Below are positions 13,101 through 24,588 of a stretch of 64,000 nucleotides of DNA, piece by piece. The position numbers were made by a program, and so were the translations under genes. The DNA comes from Macrostomum lignano (taxonomy: Eukaryota). Below the pieces are notes generated by a model, which worked only from the letters and a program-made list of their open reading frames with translations, did not search any database and was not told where the DNA came from. The number at the start of each line of letters is the position of its first letter. Positions within the stretch are counted from its first letter, which is position 1. The stretch covers positions 111,798 through 175,797 of the forward strand of contig NIVC01001870.1 of the NCBI GenBank assembly GCA_002269645.1, written 5' to 3'.

Positions 13101-16100
13101 TGTTAGTGTTAGCTGCAGGGGAATGTTGTGTTAGCTGAGGGGAATGTTGTGTTAGCTGCAGGGGAATGTTGTGTTAGCTGAGGGGAATGTTAGTGTTAGC
13201 TGCAGGGGAATGTTGTGTTAGCTGAGTGGAATGTTAGTGTTAGCTGCAGGGGAATGTTAGTGTTAGCTGCAGGGGAATGTTGTGTCAGCTGAGGGGAATG
13301 TTGTGTCAGCTGAGGGGAATGTTAGTGTTAGCTGCAGGGGAATGTTGTGTTAGCTGAGGGGAATGTTGTGTCAGCTGAGGGGAATGTTAGTGTTAGCTGC
13401 AGGGGAATGTTAGTGTTAGCTGCAGGGGAATGTTGTGTTAGCTGAGTGGAATGTTAGTGTTAGCTGCAGGGGAATGTTAGTGTTAGCTGCAGGGGAATGT
13501 TGTGTCAGCTGAGGGGAATGTTGTGTCAGCTGAGGGGAATGTTAGTGTTAGCTGCAGGGGAATGTTGTGTTAGCTGAGGGGAATGTTGTGTCAGCTGAGG
13601 GGAATGTTAGTGTTAGCTGCAGGGGAATGTTAGTGTTAGCTGCAGGGGAATGTTGTGTCAGCTGAGGGGAATGTTGTGTCAGCTGAGGGGAATGTTAGTG
13701 TTAGCTGCAGGGGAATGTTAGTGTTAGCTGCAGGGGAATGTTGTGTCAGCTGAGGGGAATGTTAGTGCTAGCTGAGGGGAATGTTAGTGTTAGCTGCAGG
13801 GGAATGTTAGTGTTAGCTGCAGGGGAATGTTAGTGTTAGCTGCAGGGGAATGTTAGTGTTAGCTGCAGGGGAATGTTGTGTCAGCTGAGGGGAATGTTAG
13901 TGCTACATGAGGGGAATTTAGTGCTACCTGAGGGGAATGATAGTGCTGAGGGGAGTCCTACACAGCCACATGAAGGGCCTGAAGGACATACTTAAGAGCC
14001 TACTTAAGGGCTTACTTGAGAGCCACCTGAAGGAAATACATAAGAGCGACCCGAAGGACCTGAAGGGCATGTTTGATTGAGAGCCACCTGAAGTGAATAC
14101 ATAAGAGCGACCCGAAGGACCTGAAGGGCATGTTTGATTGAGAGCCACCTGAAGTGAATACATAAGAGCGACCCGAAGGACCTGAAGGGCATGTTTGATT
14201 GAGAGCCACCTGAAGGGAATACATGAGAGCGACCCGAAGGACCTGAAGGGCATGTTTGATTGAGAGCCACCTGAAGTGAATACATGAGAGCGACCCGAAG
14301 GACCTGAAGGGCATGTTTGATTGAGAGCCACCTGAAGTGAATACATGAGAGCCAAATGAAGGACCTGGAGTGAATGCTACTATCACCAGGAGCCCAGCAA
14401 AATTCTTGCGTCACCCGGGGAGTTGGTATGCAACCCTATGGACCCAAAGGTGGCAGTAGTGTGGTGACAAGCCCTAGAGAATCTGTAGATAGTATCGGTA
14501 GAGACATAAACAAAAACCCTATTGAATCAAGAATGACGCAGCACCTGTTTAGCAGCGGCGGGATCTGTAGACAGCAGTCGCCAATAGATGTAGCCGCGAT
14601 CCCGCAGGTCGGGATTATCAGCCTCCTGAGTAGCCAGACTCAGCGCCTGCTGTACCAGCTCCTGCGTATCCGTGGGCCGTTTTAGAAACAGCTTCACAAC
14701 TGACGTGAGCAGCTGCAGCTGCACGGCAGTCTGCTCGTCGGCGAAGCCTTCTAAAAACGATTCAAGCAGCTCGTCGGCGTTGTCGATGCGTTCGGCGTAT
14801 TCGCCGATGATCCAGATCATGGAGGCGCGGGCCTCCGGCTCGTCGAGGGTGTCCAAGTTTTCGCACAGCGTGCCAATGACGGACTCGTATTTGTTGGGAT
14901 ACTTGCGGAAAATGTCTTTGATGACTACGATGGCCTCTTGGACAACGTAGTTCACCTTGGTCTGGATGAGATCCAGCAGGGTGCTCACGCAGCGCTCGGC
15001 AGCCGACTCGACTTTGATCGCGCAACGACCGATGGCGCGAACCTGGAGAAAATGTTTTATATAATTAGGGATTGATATGCAGCTGACAGTAGCAAAGCGT
15101 GTTGTTAGGACTGGGGAGTCGCCACACACAGCCTCAATTACCCCAGCTAATGCTGGCACCCATTTTACAGCTGGGTGAACTGAAGCCATGCAGAGTTAAA
15201 TGTCTTGCTCAAGGACACAAATTGTTTCAGTGGGATCGGGAATCGAACCCTCGGCCTTTAAGTCGTGAGTCCGAGGCTCTGATCACTAGGCTACAACCCC
15301 CTCTAATAAGACTATCAGTAGTTGAAGTGCGTTGCTATGCAACTATCAGTCGCTAGGTGCGTTGCTATGCAACTATCAGTAGCTAGGTGCGTTGCTATGC
15401 CACTATCAGTAGCTAGGTGCGTTGCTATGCCACTATCAGTAGCTAGGTGCGTTGCTATGTCACTATCAGTAGCTAGGTGCGTTGCTATGTCACTATCAGT
15501 AGCTAGGTGCGTTGCTATGCAACTATCAGTAGCTAGGTGCGTTGCTATGCAACTATCAGTAGCTAGGTGCGTTGCTATGCAATTAAGTTGTTGTTACGCT
15601 TACGCAATCAAGCATAGTTTTAGTTCCGCAATACTTCTTTTTAACACAACAAAGAAAAGTGATTACGTAATTACGATAGATTACATTATGAGCGTATTAC
15701 GCAATTGAAAAGGCAGGTTTTAAGACTCCAATACTTATTAAGGTAACCATTTCTTTAATAATGCAGCCCTTAAACTCACCGCCTTGCGCACAAAGTCAAC
15801 ATCAACTTCCGTGGCGTATTCCTTCAATTCGGCCAGCACATTAGCAATATTAGCAGCAGAGGTCAGCCTGATGAGGATGTCCAGCTTCTCGAGTTTCACG
15901 TAGATCGGATCGTTGTATTTGACGAAGAACACTTTCAATTCCTGCTTGAGAATGTCAGGCCGCTTCTGCACAATCAGATTGATATTGCGCAGAGCAACGT
16001 ACTGAATCTCGGGTTCGCTAGACAGCAGCGTGACTAACGGTGCAGAGAGCTTCTTGATGGTGCTAACAACGAAATCGGAGTTGGGATCCAGCATCTCGAG

Positions 16101-19100
16101 TAGCTTCATGATCACCTTGACAGCGCTAAGTACAACGGCAGCGTTAGCATGAGCCAGCCGGGGTGAAACTCGCTCGATCATGCTGGGGGTTTAGGATGAA
16201 AAAAATAATTTATTGACCATTGAAAAAGTCTCGTTACTGATCTGTACAAAAGTCCCGTTACTGATCTGTACAAAAGTCCCGTTACTGATCTGTACCAAAG
16301 TACAGAAGTACGGCACCAGAGTCATTATAGAAGCGCCCCAGAGTGGTTTCAGAGTCGCAAACAGAAAAGCGCCTCAATTTGACTCTTAGGCAACTGTTTG
16401 ACGACTTTTTAACGACTTATACCGCGACATCTCGTCATTTTAGAGTCGTCTTGAGTCACTTAACAACCTTTAGCATTAAATTAGAGAATATAATAACACT
16501 AACTGTATGGGACAAAAAGCAGGCCGGAGGTGCACAGAAGGTCAAACAGACCCAGCCACTCTCCCGCCTCGTCACCGACATTGTGCCTGAAAGCGTCGAT
16601 CGACAAAGACAAGCGCTCATTGCGGGACAAAGACCAATGTGAATGATGAAATGCTTACTTTTGCGCTTCGTTATTTTCAGTAGGCGTGTAATTAGCAACA
16701 GCATCCAGGATGAAGACCTGGCCCCATCTGAAAGTTTTAATTGGAAACAGCAGGTTTAATTGAGAATCTGTTCCACCTGAGTGTTTTGATTTTCTAAGAA
16801 TCTGTTCCACCTGAGCATTTTGATTTTCTAAGAATCTGTTTCACCTGAGTATTCTGAGTTTCTAAGAATCTGTTCCACCTGAGTGTTTTGATTTTCTAAG
16901 AATCTGTTCCATCTGAGTATTCTGATTTTCTAAGAATCTGTTCCACCTGAGTATTCTGATTTTCTAAGAATCTGTTCCACCTGAGTATTCTGATTTTCTA
17001 AGAATCTGTTCCACCTGAGTGTTCTGATTTTCTAAGAATCTGTTCTACTTGAATATTCCGATTTTCTAAGAATCTGTCCCATCTGAGTATTCTGATTTTC
17101 TAAGAATCTGTTCTACCTGAGTATTCTGATTTTCTAAGAATCTGTTCCACCTGAGTATTCTGATTTTCTAAGAATCTGTCCCATCTGAGTATTCTGATTT
17201 TCTAAGAATCTGTTCTACCTGAGTATTCTGATTTTCTAAGAATCTGTTCCATCTGAGTATTCTGATTTTCTAAGAATCTGTTCCATCTGAGTATTCTGAT
17301 TTTCTAAGAATCTGTTCCACCTGAGTATTCTGATTTTCTAAGAATCTGTTCCACCTGAGTATTCTGATTTTCTAAGAATCTGTTCTACTTGAATATTCCG
17401 ATTTTCTAAGAATCTGTCCCATCTGAGTATTCTGATTTTCTAAGAATCTGTTCCACCTTAGTATTCTGATTTTCTAAGAATCTGTTCTACTTGAATATTC
17501 CGATTTTCTAAGAATCTGTTCTACCTGAGTATTCGGATTTTCTAAGAATCTTTTCCACCTTAGTATTCTGATTTTCTAAGAATCTGTTCTACTTGAATAT
17601 TCCGATTTTCTAAGAATCTGTCCCATCTGAGTATTCTGATTTTCTAAAAATCTGTTCTACCTGAGTATTCGCATTTTCTAAGAATCTGTCCCACCTGAGT
17701 ATTCTGATTTTCTAAGAATCTTTGTAAGACTTACTCAGTGCATTCGTTTAGCGCAGTGAGCAGTTTATTAATCAACTGGCCACTCCAGCAGAGCATATCA
17801 GCAGCCGTGTCAGTCTGGGCAGAGTCGGAAATCTCAGTGATTGCGGCCACAGCGTTAGCTACCACCATGGGATTGCTGTCGGCCAGGAGCTCCTTCAGAG
17901 CGTCTAGGAAGCCCTGCACGGTGCGGTGGATTGCATTAATCCTACGGATTGTCTATGTAGATTACTGTGAGCATTTATACCAACTAGCCTAATATCATAT
18001 ATATCACGTCTATACACAATACCCCATAGATTATACAATCTCACAGACACAATATTTCATAGACTATACAATCTCACAAACACAATATCCCATAGACTAT
18101 ACAAGCTCACAGACACAATATCCCATAGACTATGCAAGGGTATTACAACACCCCAACAGACCTGCTCCTCAACCAGCAGCGGATCAATATCGTGCAGCTT
18201 AGCAACGCACACAGCCGCAGTCTTGCGCACGTACGGGTCCTCATCTTTCAAGCATTTGCGCAACGGGTCGCACAGGTAGGCGGTGATTTCGTCAACCCGA
18301 ATGCAGCCGATGGTGCGAACGGCCAGAGCCCGGATTAACGGATTAGGATCTTCGCAGTCGCGCACAAAAGTGTTCACGGCCATGATAGCTTTATCCGGCT
18401 GGGTCTTGGCGTAGTTCATCAGGTACAGATACACCAGCTTCTTCAGCTCCAGGTTGTCAGCCTGCATGCAGTTGACCACGTCAGGGAACAGAGTGCTGAC
18501 ATCTTTGCCAACAGTCATGCTGGCGATCACCTTCTTCACTGCCTCTTTGCGTTTGTCCTTTCGTTCGCTGTTTAGTTCGGCTTTTAGTTCGAATATTTCG
18601 CCTGCGTGAAACAGTGGGCAGATTGGTTGGTGAGACATGGCTATCAGTGTCTGCACATTGCGGCAGATTGTATTGTGTTTAATAGTAGATAATGGCAGAT
18701 TAGTTGGTGAGAAATGGCACATTGCGGCAGATTGTAAGATATATGACAGCAGATACTGGCAGATTGTAGGGTATTTAATAGTAGATAATGGCAGATTGTA
18801 GGGTATTTAATAGTAGATAATGGCAGATTGTAGGGTATTTGATAGTAGATAATTGTAAATTGTAGGGTATTGGATAGTAGATAGTTTTAAATTGTAGGGT
18901 ATTGGATAGTAGATAATTGTAAATTGTAGGGTATTTGATAGCAGCTACAGGCAGACAGGATTCAGAAAATAAGTTGTGTCTTAGCAGTATTAGCAATAAA
19001 AAAAAATAAACAATACAAACCCTTTCTCGTTGTAGTAAAATACTTTGAGTCAGTCGTTTTGGCCTGTGTTGTTACTTTTTGAAGCCATGGCCTGCAAATT

Positions 19101-19206
19101 AATAAAAAATGCTAGCTAGAAAAACAAATACAGGTTTAAATCTCTAAAAAAAGGTTTACCTTATATTTCCAAGACTTTCTGAAACAGAAGCTGCTACACC
19201 TTGCAT
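9795..19206 (-). CDS. AP1B1/AP2B1: AP-1/AP-2 adaptor complex beta subunit (beta-adaptin), 10 exons
   Basis: Exons spliced at GT-AG sites: 19206-19160, 19091-19021, 18601-18162, 17913-17735, 16727-16659, 16182-15780, 15042-14545, 12868-12440, 11368-10931, 10196-9795. The translation contains [70 protein letters not shown] and the appendage [12 protein letters not shown]. The first exon is inferred. Confidence 0.95.
10290..10900 (+). repeat. Intronic minisatellite, 20 bp unit
   Basis: gatggcgccaaatcgatcag repeats with longer variants. Confidence 0.9.
10931..11368 (-). CDS. AP1B1/AP2B1: beta-adaptin exon 9 (hinge end and appendage Ig-like subdomain)
   Basis: [14 protein letters not shown]...[14 protein letters not shown]...KMDPLLTLQ; canonical splice sites. 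Confidence 0.92.
11440..11660 (+). repeat. Intronic minisatellite, about 21 bp unit
   Basis: gtacaaatgtactaaacaaaa repeats. Confidence 0.85.
11805..11995 (+). repeat. Dispersed repeat; second copy at about 16500-16635
   Basis: aactgtatgggaca...gtcaaacagacccagccactctcccgcctc...gacaaagacaagc...ttgcgggacaaagac in two introns; the second copy lacks an internal segment. Confidence 0.8.
12010..12360 (+). repeat. Intronic degenerate minisatellite, about 21-24 bp
   Basis: gagattct(c/t)ag(t/c)gagattata repeats. Confidence 0.85.
12440..12868 (-). CDS. AP1B1/AP2B1: beta-adaptin exon 8 (trunk end and hinge with clathrin-box-like LLDID/LLGEG)
   Basis: [39 protein letters not shown]...[10 protein letters not shown]...[10 protein letters not shown]. 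Confidence 0.92.
12930..13950 (+). repeat. Intronic minisatellite, 21-23 bp unit, about 45 copies
   Basis: agctg(c)aggggaatgtt(a)gtgt(t/c) repeats. Confidence 0.95.
14019..14350 (+). repeat. Intronic minisatellite, 61 bp unit, about 5-6 copies
   Basis: gagccacctgaagtgaatac...gcatgtttgattga; period 61 measured (14081, 14142, 14203). Confidence 0.95.
14545..15042 (-). CDS. AP1B1/AP2B1: beta-adaptin exon 7
   Basis: [12 protein letters not shown]...STDPAAAKQ. Confidence 0.95.
15108..15300 (-). mobile_element. tRNA-derived CORE-type SINE
   Basis: Minus-strand head with A box TAGCCTAGTG and B box GGTTCGATTCCC, followed by a MIR-like CORE (plus strand cccattttacagctgggtgaactgaagccatgcagagttaaatgtcttgctcaaggacaca). 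Confidence 0.75.
15322..15585 (+). repeat. Intronic minisatellite, 30 bp unit, about 9 copies
   Basis: gttgctatgcaactatcagtagctaggtgc. Confidence 0.95.
15780..16182 (-). CDS. AP1B1/AP2B1: beta-adaptin exon 6
   Basis: [22 protein letters not shown]...DVDFVRKA. Confidence 0.95.
16659..16727 (-). CDS. AP1B1/AP2B1: beta-adaptin exon 5 (not in the ORF track)
   Basis: (E)[22 protein letters not shown]; splice phases match both neighbouring exons. Confidence 0.9.
16765..17722 (+). repeat. Intronic minisatellite, 34 bp unit, about 28 copies
   Basis: attttctaagaatctgttccacctgagtattctg; period 34 measured. Confidence 0.95.
17735..17913 (-). CDS. AP1B1/AP2B1: beta-adaptin exon 4
   Basis: [24 protein letters not shown]...LLTALNECT. 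Confidence 0.95.
18010..18135 (+). repeat. Intronic minisatellite, 33 bp unit, about 4 copies
   Basis: acaatatcccatagactatacaatctcacagac. Confidence 0.85.
18162..18601 (-). CDS. AP1B1/AP2B1: beta-adaptin exon 3
   Basis: [35 protein letters not shown]...[13 protein letters not shown]. Confidence 0.95.
18660..18950 (+). repeat. Intronic minisatellite, 32 bp unit
   Basis: ggcagattgtagggtatttaatagtagataat. Confidence 0.85.
19021..19091 (-). CDS. AP1B1/AP2B1: beta-adaptin exon 2 (contains TDSKYFTT)
   Basis: [24 protein letters not shown], with acceptor tttgcag and donor gtttg. Confidence 0.8.
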
Positions 19207-20792
19207 TTTTGGAGAGCAGAAATATAGGTAAAATATAATAGAATTTATGGAGTAGAAATTGGCTAATGCAGCTTTATTAATACACAGCAAATAAATGAAA
19301 AAATAATCAAAATAACAAGTAGTTGAGCAAATTTGAAGTATATATAGCAAGATAAGAATAATCAGAGTAACTTTGGTAGTATAAAACTTAGAAGAGTCAT
19401 AGACCTATATATTAGTTGAGTAATAATATTAATTTTAAAGATATTGATTAGATAGCCTAGTAATATAATGCAAATCAGTTTCAGTCCTAATTTGTTAATT
19501 TTTAAGTGCTTGTGAAGCAAAATAATTAAAAATGAAACTTTTACACTTTTTAAAGCATTTGTTTCTTGGACTGTTTATATAATCATATAATTTATATTGC
19601 TTAACAATATATATATCTTATTGATGATATTATTAATAAATATGATAACAAATATAAATTATATACCTATCAATTATGTATTTACTTAAAAACTAATATC
19701 ATCTTATAAAAGAAAGTTCATTTCATTTTATATAACTAGCCCTTTCAATTAGGCTGGTTTTAGATAATTTAATATAGTAGGTAATAGGCTTATCTAAGAG
19801 TATATAATTAGAAATTTTATTATAGATCTTATTAGTATAGGCCTAGATAAGATTAAAAGCACACGTATAGTCAAGCCTTGTTGCAAATACTTAGTTTTAA
19901 TGCTAGGGCTTAATTAGATTTAGAAGGTTGATAGTAAGTTTTATCAGCTATAATATTTTATATTTTTTTCAATATACTACAACTCTAGTGATGTTTGTGT
20001 GTATGTTGTAAGTGAACTCCTACAGTACTGGCAAGTCAGCTTCGAAACTTATATAGGAAAACTGTAAAATTTCTGGATCAGGCTTTAGCCTATTTTAATT
20101 TTTAATTTTCACATTTAAACATTCCTAAAACAGCAGAAAACTGCTTTTTTAACCCTCAATAACCTTCTTTGGCCCCTCTGCCTAGGGCTGCAACTAGTTG
20201 ACCACCCCAACCTCCACTCGCGGGTCCTGTGTATTGGAAGGGTGCGCGTGTTCTGCATTCAATGCAAATAAAACCCCTGTGTGTTAGGGGTGCAATTAAT
20301 TTAATGATTCCACCGGAATGGGGGGTTGGGCTTGGGCTGAGTGTACATAGCAATATATAGAGTAAACAGATGGATAGGACAGTGTTAAGATTCAATTGGT
20401 TTTGTTATTGGCCCTGTGTATTAGCTGGGTGATGAAATTCAATGAACAAACTTGCAAAGTTGCGAGCTTCTCAGGCAAGCAGTTGGGAAATTGAAAAATT
20501 TAATTTTAATGCTAACTGTTCCTTGTTTTAAAATTTGAGAGGAGAGACTTTTATTGCTGGAAAGAGCTTGCAATGCTGAGTTTGGGGATATAAGTTTCTT
20601 GCTTTAAACATGGGAACAAAAAGCACAGGATTCAAGAAAAAATCCATTCTTTAAATTTTCTGACATGTGTTCTGCGTACAATTCAATTAAACCCCCATGT
20701 TGGGGGGTGGCAGCGATAAGGGTTCAGTATACACAGTGAATTCCCAGTAGAGGCTACAGATAGCAATGAAATGAAAGAATGATGAAATGATT

Positions 20793-20822
20793 CTAACCCT
20801 AACCCTAACTCTAACCCTAACC
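20793..20822. repeat. Interstitial telomere-like (TTAGGG)n, about 5 units
   Basis: ctaaccctaaccctaactctaaccctaacc. Confidence 0.7.
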
Positions 20823-21329
20823 ACTGACACCTCTAACTTGAATATTTTTAAGTATAGAAAGCATCATTTGGATCTCTATTTAGTAGTCTTGATTTTCAAT
20901 CAAGAATTTGATGATGTTGGATATTATGATTAAAAATTGATGAATCGCAGCTTGTTGGAGATGATATTGATAGACTGACTTTGAAAGGAGAGGATTTTGA
21001 TAGAATTCAATTTCATGAAAAGAATTTGATAAAGTTCTATTTCACAGAGACAATTTTGGTGGCTTACAGTTTCCTAAAGAAAATTTTGATAGATTTCTGG
21101 TTCACAGAGAGAATTTTGATGAATTTCTGTTTGATAGAGAGCCTCTCCATTAGCCTCTCTGTCAGCTTGACAAAGAGGCTTTTGATTGTGTTCTGTTCAA
21201 TGAATAGGCTTTTGATGGAGTTTTGTTCAATGAAGAAAACCTTGAAGCATTTCTGTTTCACAGAGAGGATATTAATAGAGTCCTGTTTTGCAGAGAGTCA
21301 ATGGATTTTGCACCTTCATTTAGTCAGAG

Positions 21330-22210
21330 AAGATATATGATAGAAAAGAGAGTATATACAAGAGAGGAAAGATTAGAGATGAGAGAGAAGAGGGAAGTAA
21401 GGCGGGAATGAAAAGGGAGAAAGAAGAGAAGAAGAGAGAGGAAATGAGAGAGGAGATATAAGATAGCAGAGGAGATACGAGAGGAGAAAAGACAGGGGGA
21501 TAATAGCATACAGAGGAAATAAAAGAGAGGAAAGAGTAGAGATGAAAGACGAAAGAGAAGAAATAAATAGAGGAGTAGAGATGACAGGGTAGAGAGGAGA
21601 GAGAAATGAGAAGAGAGATGAGAGAGGAAAGAGATAAAATATCAGAGATGAGAGAGGTAACAAAAGAAAGTAGTGACGAGAAAGAAGAGGCTAAAGATGA
21701 GAGTGCAGAGAGGAGAGATGAGAGATGCAATGAGAAAAAAGATGAGTGAGAAAATAAGTGAGAGAAGAGATTAGAGATTAGAGAAAAGAAGGGAGAATAT
21801 AAGAGGAGAAAGGAGAGGAGAGAAGAGAATGGAGAGGAGAGAAAAGAGAGTGGAGAGGAGAAAGGAGATGATAGAAAGGAGAGAAGAAAGATGGGAGATA
21901 CGAAAGGAGAGAAAAAAAAGAGATAGAGGGTAGAGGAAAGATGATGGATAAGTGAGTAGAGAGATGAAAGAGTAGGCCTAGATAAGAGAGGAGAGAGGAG
22001 AGAAGAGGGGAGAGAGGAGACAGAAGAGAGTAGACACGAAAGACAAAGGAGAAGAGATAAATAAGGGAGTAGAGAGGAAAGAAAAGCAAGAGAAGGGAGA
22101 GAGAAGAGAATAGAGTGATGAAAGATCAGAGATAAGAGAGATGAGAGTGGAGAGAAGAAATTAGTGAAGAGAAATAAGTGAGGAGAAAGAAGAGGATAAA
22201 AAATGAGAGC
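21330..22210 (+). repeat. GA-rich polypurine low-complexity tract
   Basis: About 880 bp of mostly A/G; it generates the spurious S/L/F-rich minus-strand ORFs. Confidence 0.9.
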
Positions 22211-23613
22211 ACAGGGCACAAGTATTTAAAAGGCTTTATAGAGAATTTAGACGATGGGATTCAAATCATAGAATTTCAACTGATGGATTCCAAGGAATGG
22301 AATTCTGGTGATGGGAGTTCTTCCCCTTTCTCCTCCAAAGGAGGAGTTCCACTCATCTAGATAGGCCTATACTATTTTAATAACTTATTTAGATATTCAA
22401 AGGAAATAGAAATCCTACATCATAAATTAGGTTAGGCCTAGGCCTATAATGCTAAAAGGAAAGTTTAGTATTTTTTTCTAAAAAAAAATATTATTGACTA
22501 GGCCTATATAGGTGTCTTATATGCTAGAATTTACTAGTATATATTAGGCCTAGCCCTTCATAGTTAATTGCCACTCTCCCAAAGATGCTGTTTTATCTAT
22601 AAATTTGCAGCATGCATAAGAGGTTTTGGCCCTTATGCTGCATACATTATTGCGTGCAATAATATTGGCAGAAAAATAATTTTTGGCTTGCAACCATATG
22701 CAAAATGGATTTGGAAATAAAACATGGGTTTGGATTTGGCTGGACCATGGAAATTCTTAATCAGTAATGTCAATTTAAGTATTTTTTAATAATTTTAGTA
22801 AGGCCTACTATGTTTTTTTAAATAATTGTAATATAATATTTTATATTTTTTAATACTTTTGCAGCAAAATAAAACAAAAAAAGTAATTTAATCCATGGAA
22901 AAAATGAATTTACTTTGTTTAAACACGAGGAAGGCCCCTCTCATTTTATTCAACTATTATCATGTATTTTAAAACTGCGCTAAAAACTAAGAAACACTTT
23001 TTGTTAAAATGAATATATTTTCAATAATATTTCACGCGAACTAATTTTGTTATAAATTGTTGTAAAATTTAGTATAAATACAAGCGATTCAGACGAGAGA
23101 AGAGGCAACTTGCTTGCGGCGTGCAGTTCAAGAATTGAAGGTACTAAGAAATAATCAGTGTTCCAACTAAATATATCTGCAGTGTTTTCCGAGTTATTCA
23201 TTTGCAAACATAAGAGCAAAATAGACTGAAGTGTATACAGTATATACTATTGAAAAGCAGCAGCATTGAGTAGTAAGAAATACGAAGTAGTTCCGAAGTA
23301 ATAAGTGTAAGAATAACCGGAGGCTGTGACCCTCTGATCTCGGTAACGCCCAAGGATTTGCAAAGTACATGAAATACATTTACCAGTAAGCCAAAATACT
23401 GCTCAGGCCAAATTATTAAACAAAACGCTACTAGAATAACAGAACGCTACCAGAATAACAAAGGAATAAAATCTTTAAGGGCTAATAGTTTTCTAAGAAT
23501 AATACTCAGACTAAATACTCAGACTAATTACTCAGACTAAATACTCAGACTAAATACTAGGATATATACTCAGATCAATTCTAAGAAACATTTCTCGGAT
23601 TATTCTAAGATTG

Positions 23614-24588
23614 TGGGTACCACCGATTGATTATTGGCTCTTATGGTTTCTTAATAACATTACAGTTTCTGGACAATAAAATTATGCGTACCCTATTCTG
23701 GTCCCCGTTAGTCCACTCCCTGGTGCAAGTCATGACATATTTCTGCCCTCTTCCTGTTCCCCTTTGCCCCATTTTCTGGCGCTATATGACCAAATTGTGT
23801 TTTCCTTTTGTTTTACTATGTATTTCTGCGGTAATTTTGTTGAATCCCCTTTTTGGCCTTTTGAGTTTTCGCCCTTCCCAAGTTTCTGGGCCTCGCAAGC
23901 CTTTTTGTGACCTGTTTCCTGTGTATTTATTCCCGCCCCTTGCGCCTGTCCTCCCCTCAGTTTTTTTTCCTCCTCTCTCCCTCTCTTTTGCTCTCTTCCC
24001 CTTTCTTCTACTCTTTCCGACACGCCCCTTAACTTAATAACATTTAGTTAACGTAGTCTAATACTTGAAGGAAAGAAAACCTAACTTAGTTTTATTTAAG
24101 TAAGCCCGCACTGCGGCACCATACATGCGCAACCTCCAAAATTCGGTCGGCCATGCGACTTAGTTTTAACAAAAATGCGACGTAGTTTTTGGCCAAAAAT
24201 GCGACTTACATGTAATAAAAACCCTAAAGCAAAATTAACGCAACTTTGGGTAAACGGAAGGAGTAACTATGACTGTCTTATTAGGTAAAAATGCCTCGTC
24301 AGCTACTTAGTAATACTACTTTGGTATTTTTCGGGTGGGCATTTTTGCGACTTCCTTGATTGGCTGCCAAATCGGTCGGCCGGATTGGCCGACTCGGCCG
24401 ACTGTTGCGCATGTATGTGCGGCACCCCTGATTCATCTGTCGTCGGTGGTCTCTTATTTTACGCGCGTGAGGCCTAGTTTAATATTTTAGTTTTTTTGTA
24501 CCAACTCGATAAGCAATAAACTCGCATTAATTTGCTGCAATCCATTCTTCGATAAAAGCCATAGCTTAACTTAAGTCATTTGCCCGTG
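23614..24588 (+). repeat. 5' LTR copy (truncated, contains a MITE)
   Basis: Nine substitutions and two small indels relative to 32119-32791, apart from the MITE. Confidence 0.85.
24120..24417. mobile_element. 298-bp MITE (hAT or P type) carrying a 28S rDNA-like fragment
   Basis: 14-bp TIR CATACATGCGCAAC; 8-bp TSD TGCGGCAC (24112-24119, 24418-24425); the empty site with a single TGCGGCAC is visible in the other LTR at 32620-32627. Confidence 0.93.

Noticed and set aside
13924-14414. Repetitive ORFs of 124-143 aa (also 10171-10587, 11893-12267, 15322-15708)
   Set aside because: They are translations of intronic minisatellites with no protein signature.
10992-14950. Plus-strand ORFs 10992-11381, 12507-12764 and 14672-14950
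   Set aside because: Antisense shadows of GC-rich beta-adaptin exons.
15229-15300. tRNA gene
   Set aside because: No clean cloverleaf, and it is attached to a CORE domain, so it is a SINE head.
19050-19088. ATG at 19088 as the beta-adaptin start
   Set aside because: Out of frame with TDSKYF; it terminates at TGA after 12 codons.
21320-22219. 299-aa S/L/F-rich ORF and its neighbours
   Set aside because: Artefact of the polypurine tract, which lacks stop codons on the minus strand.
24248-24314. 28S rRNA gene
   Set aside because: Only about 67 nt, diverged and enclosed in a MITE; not a functional rRNA locus.
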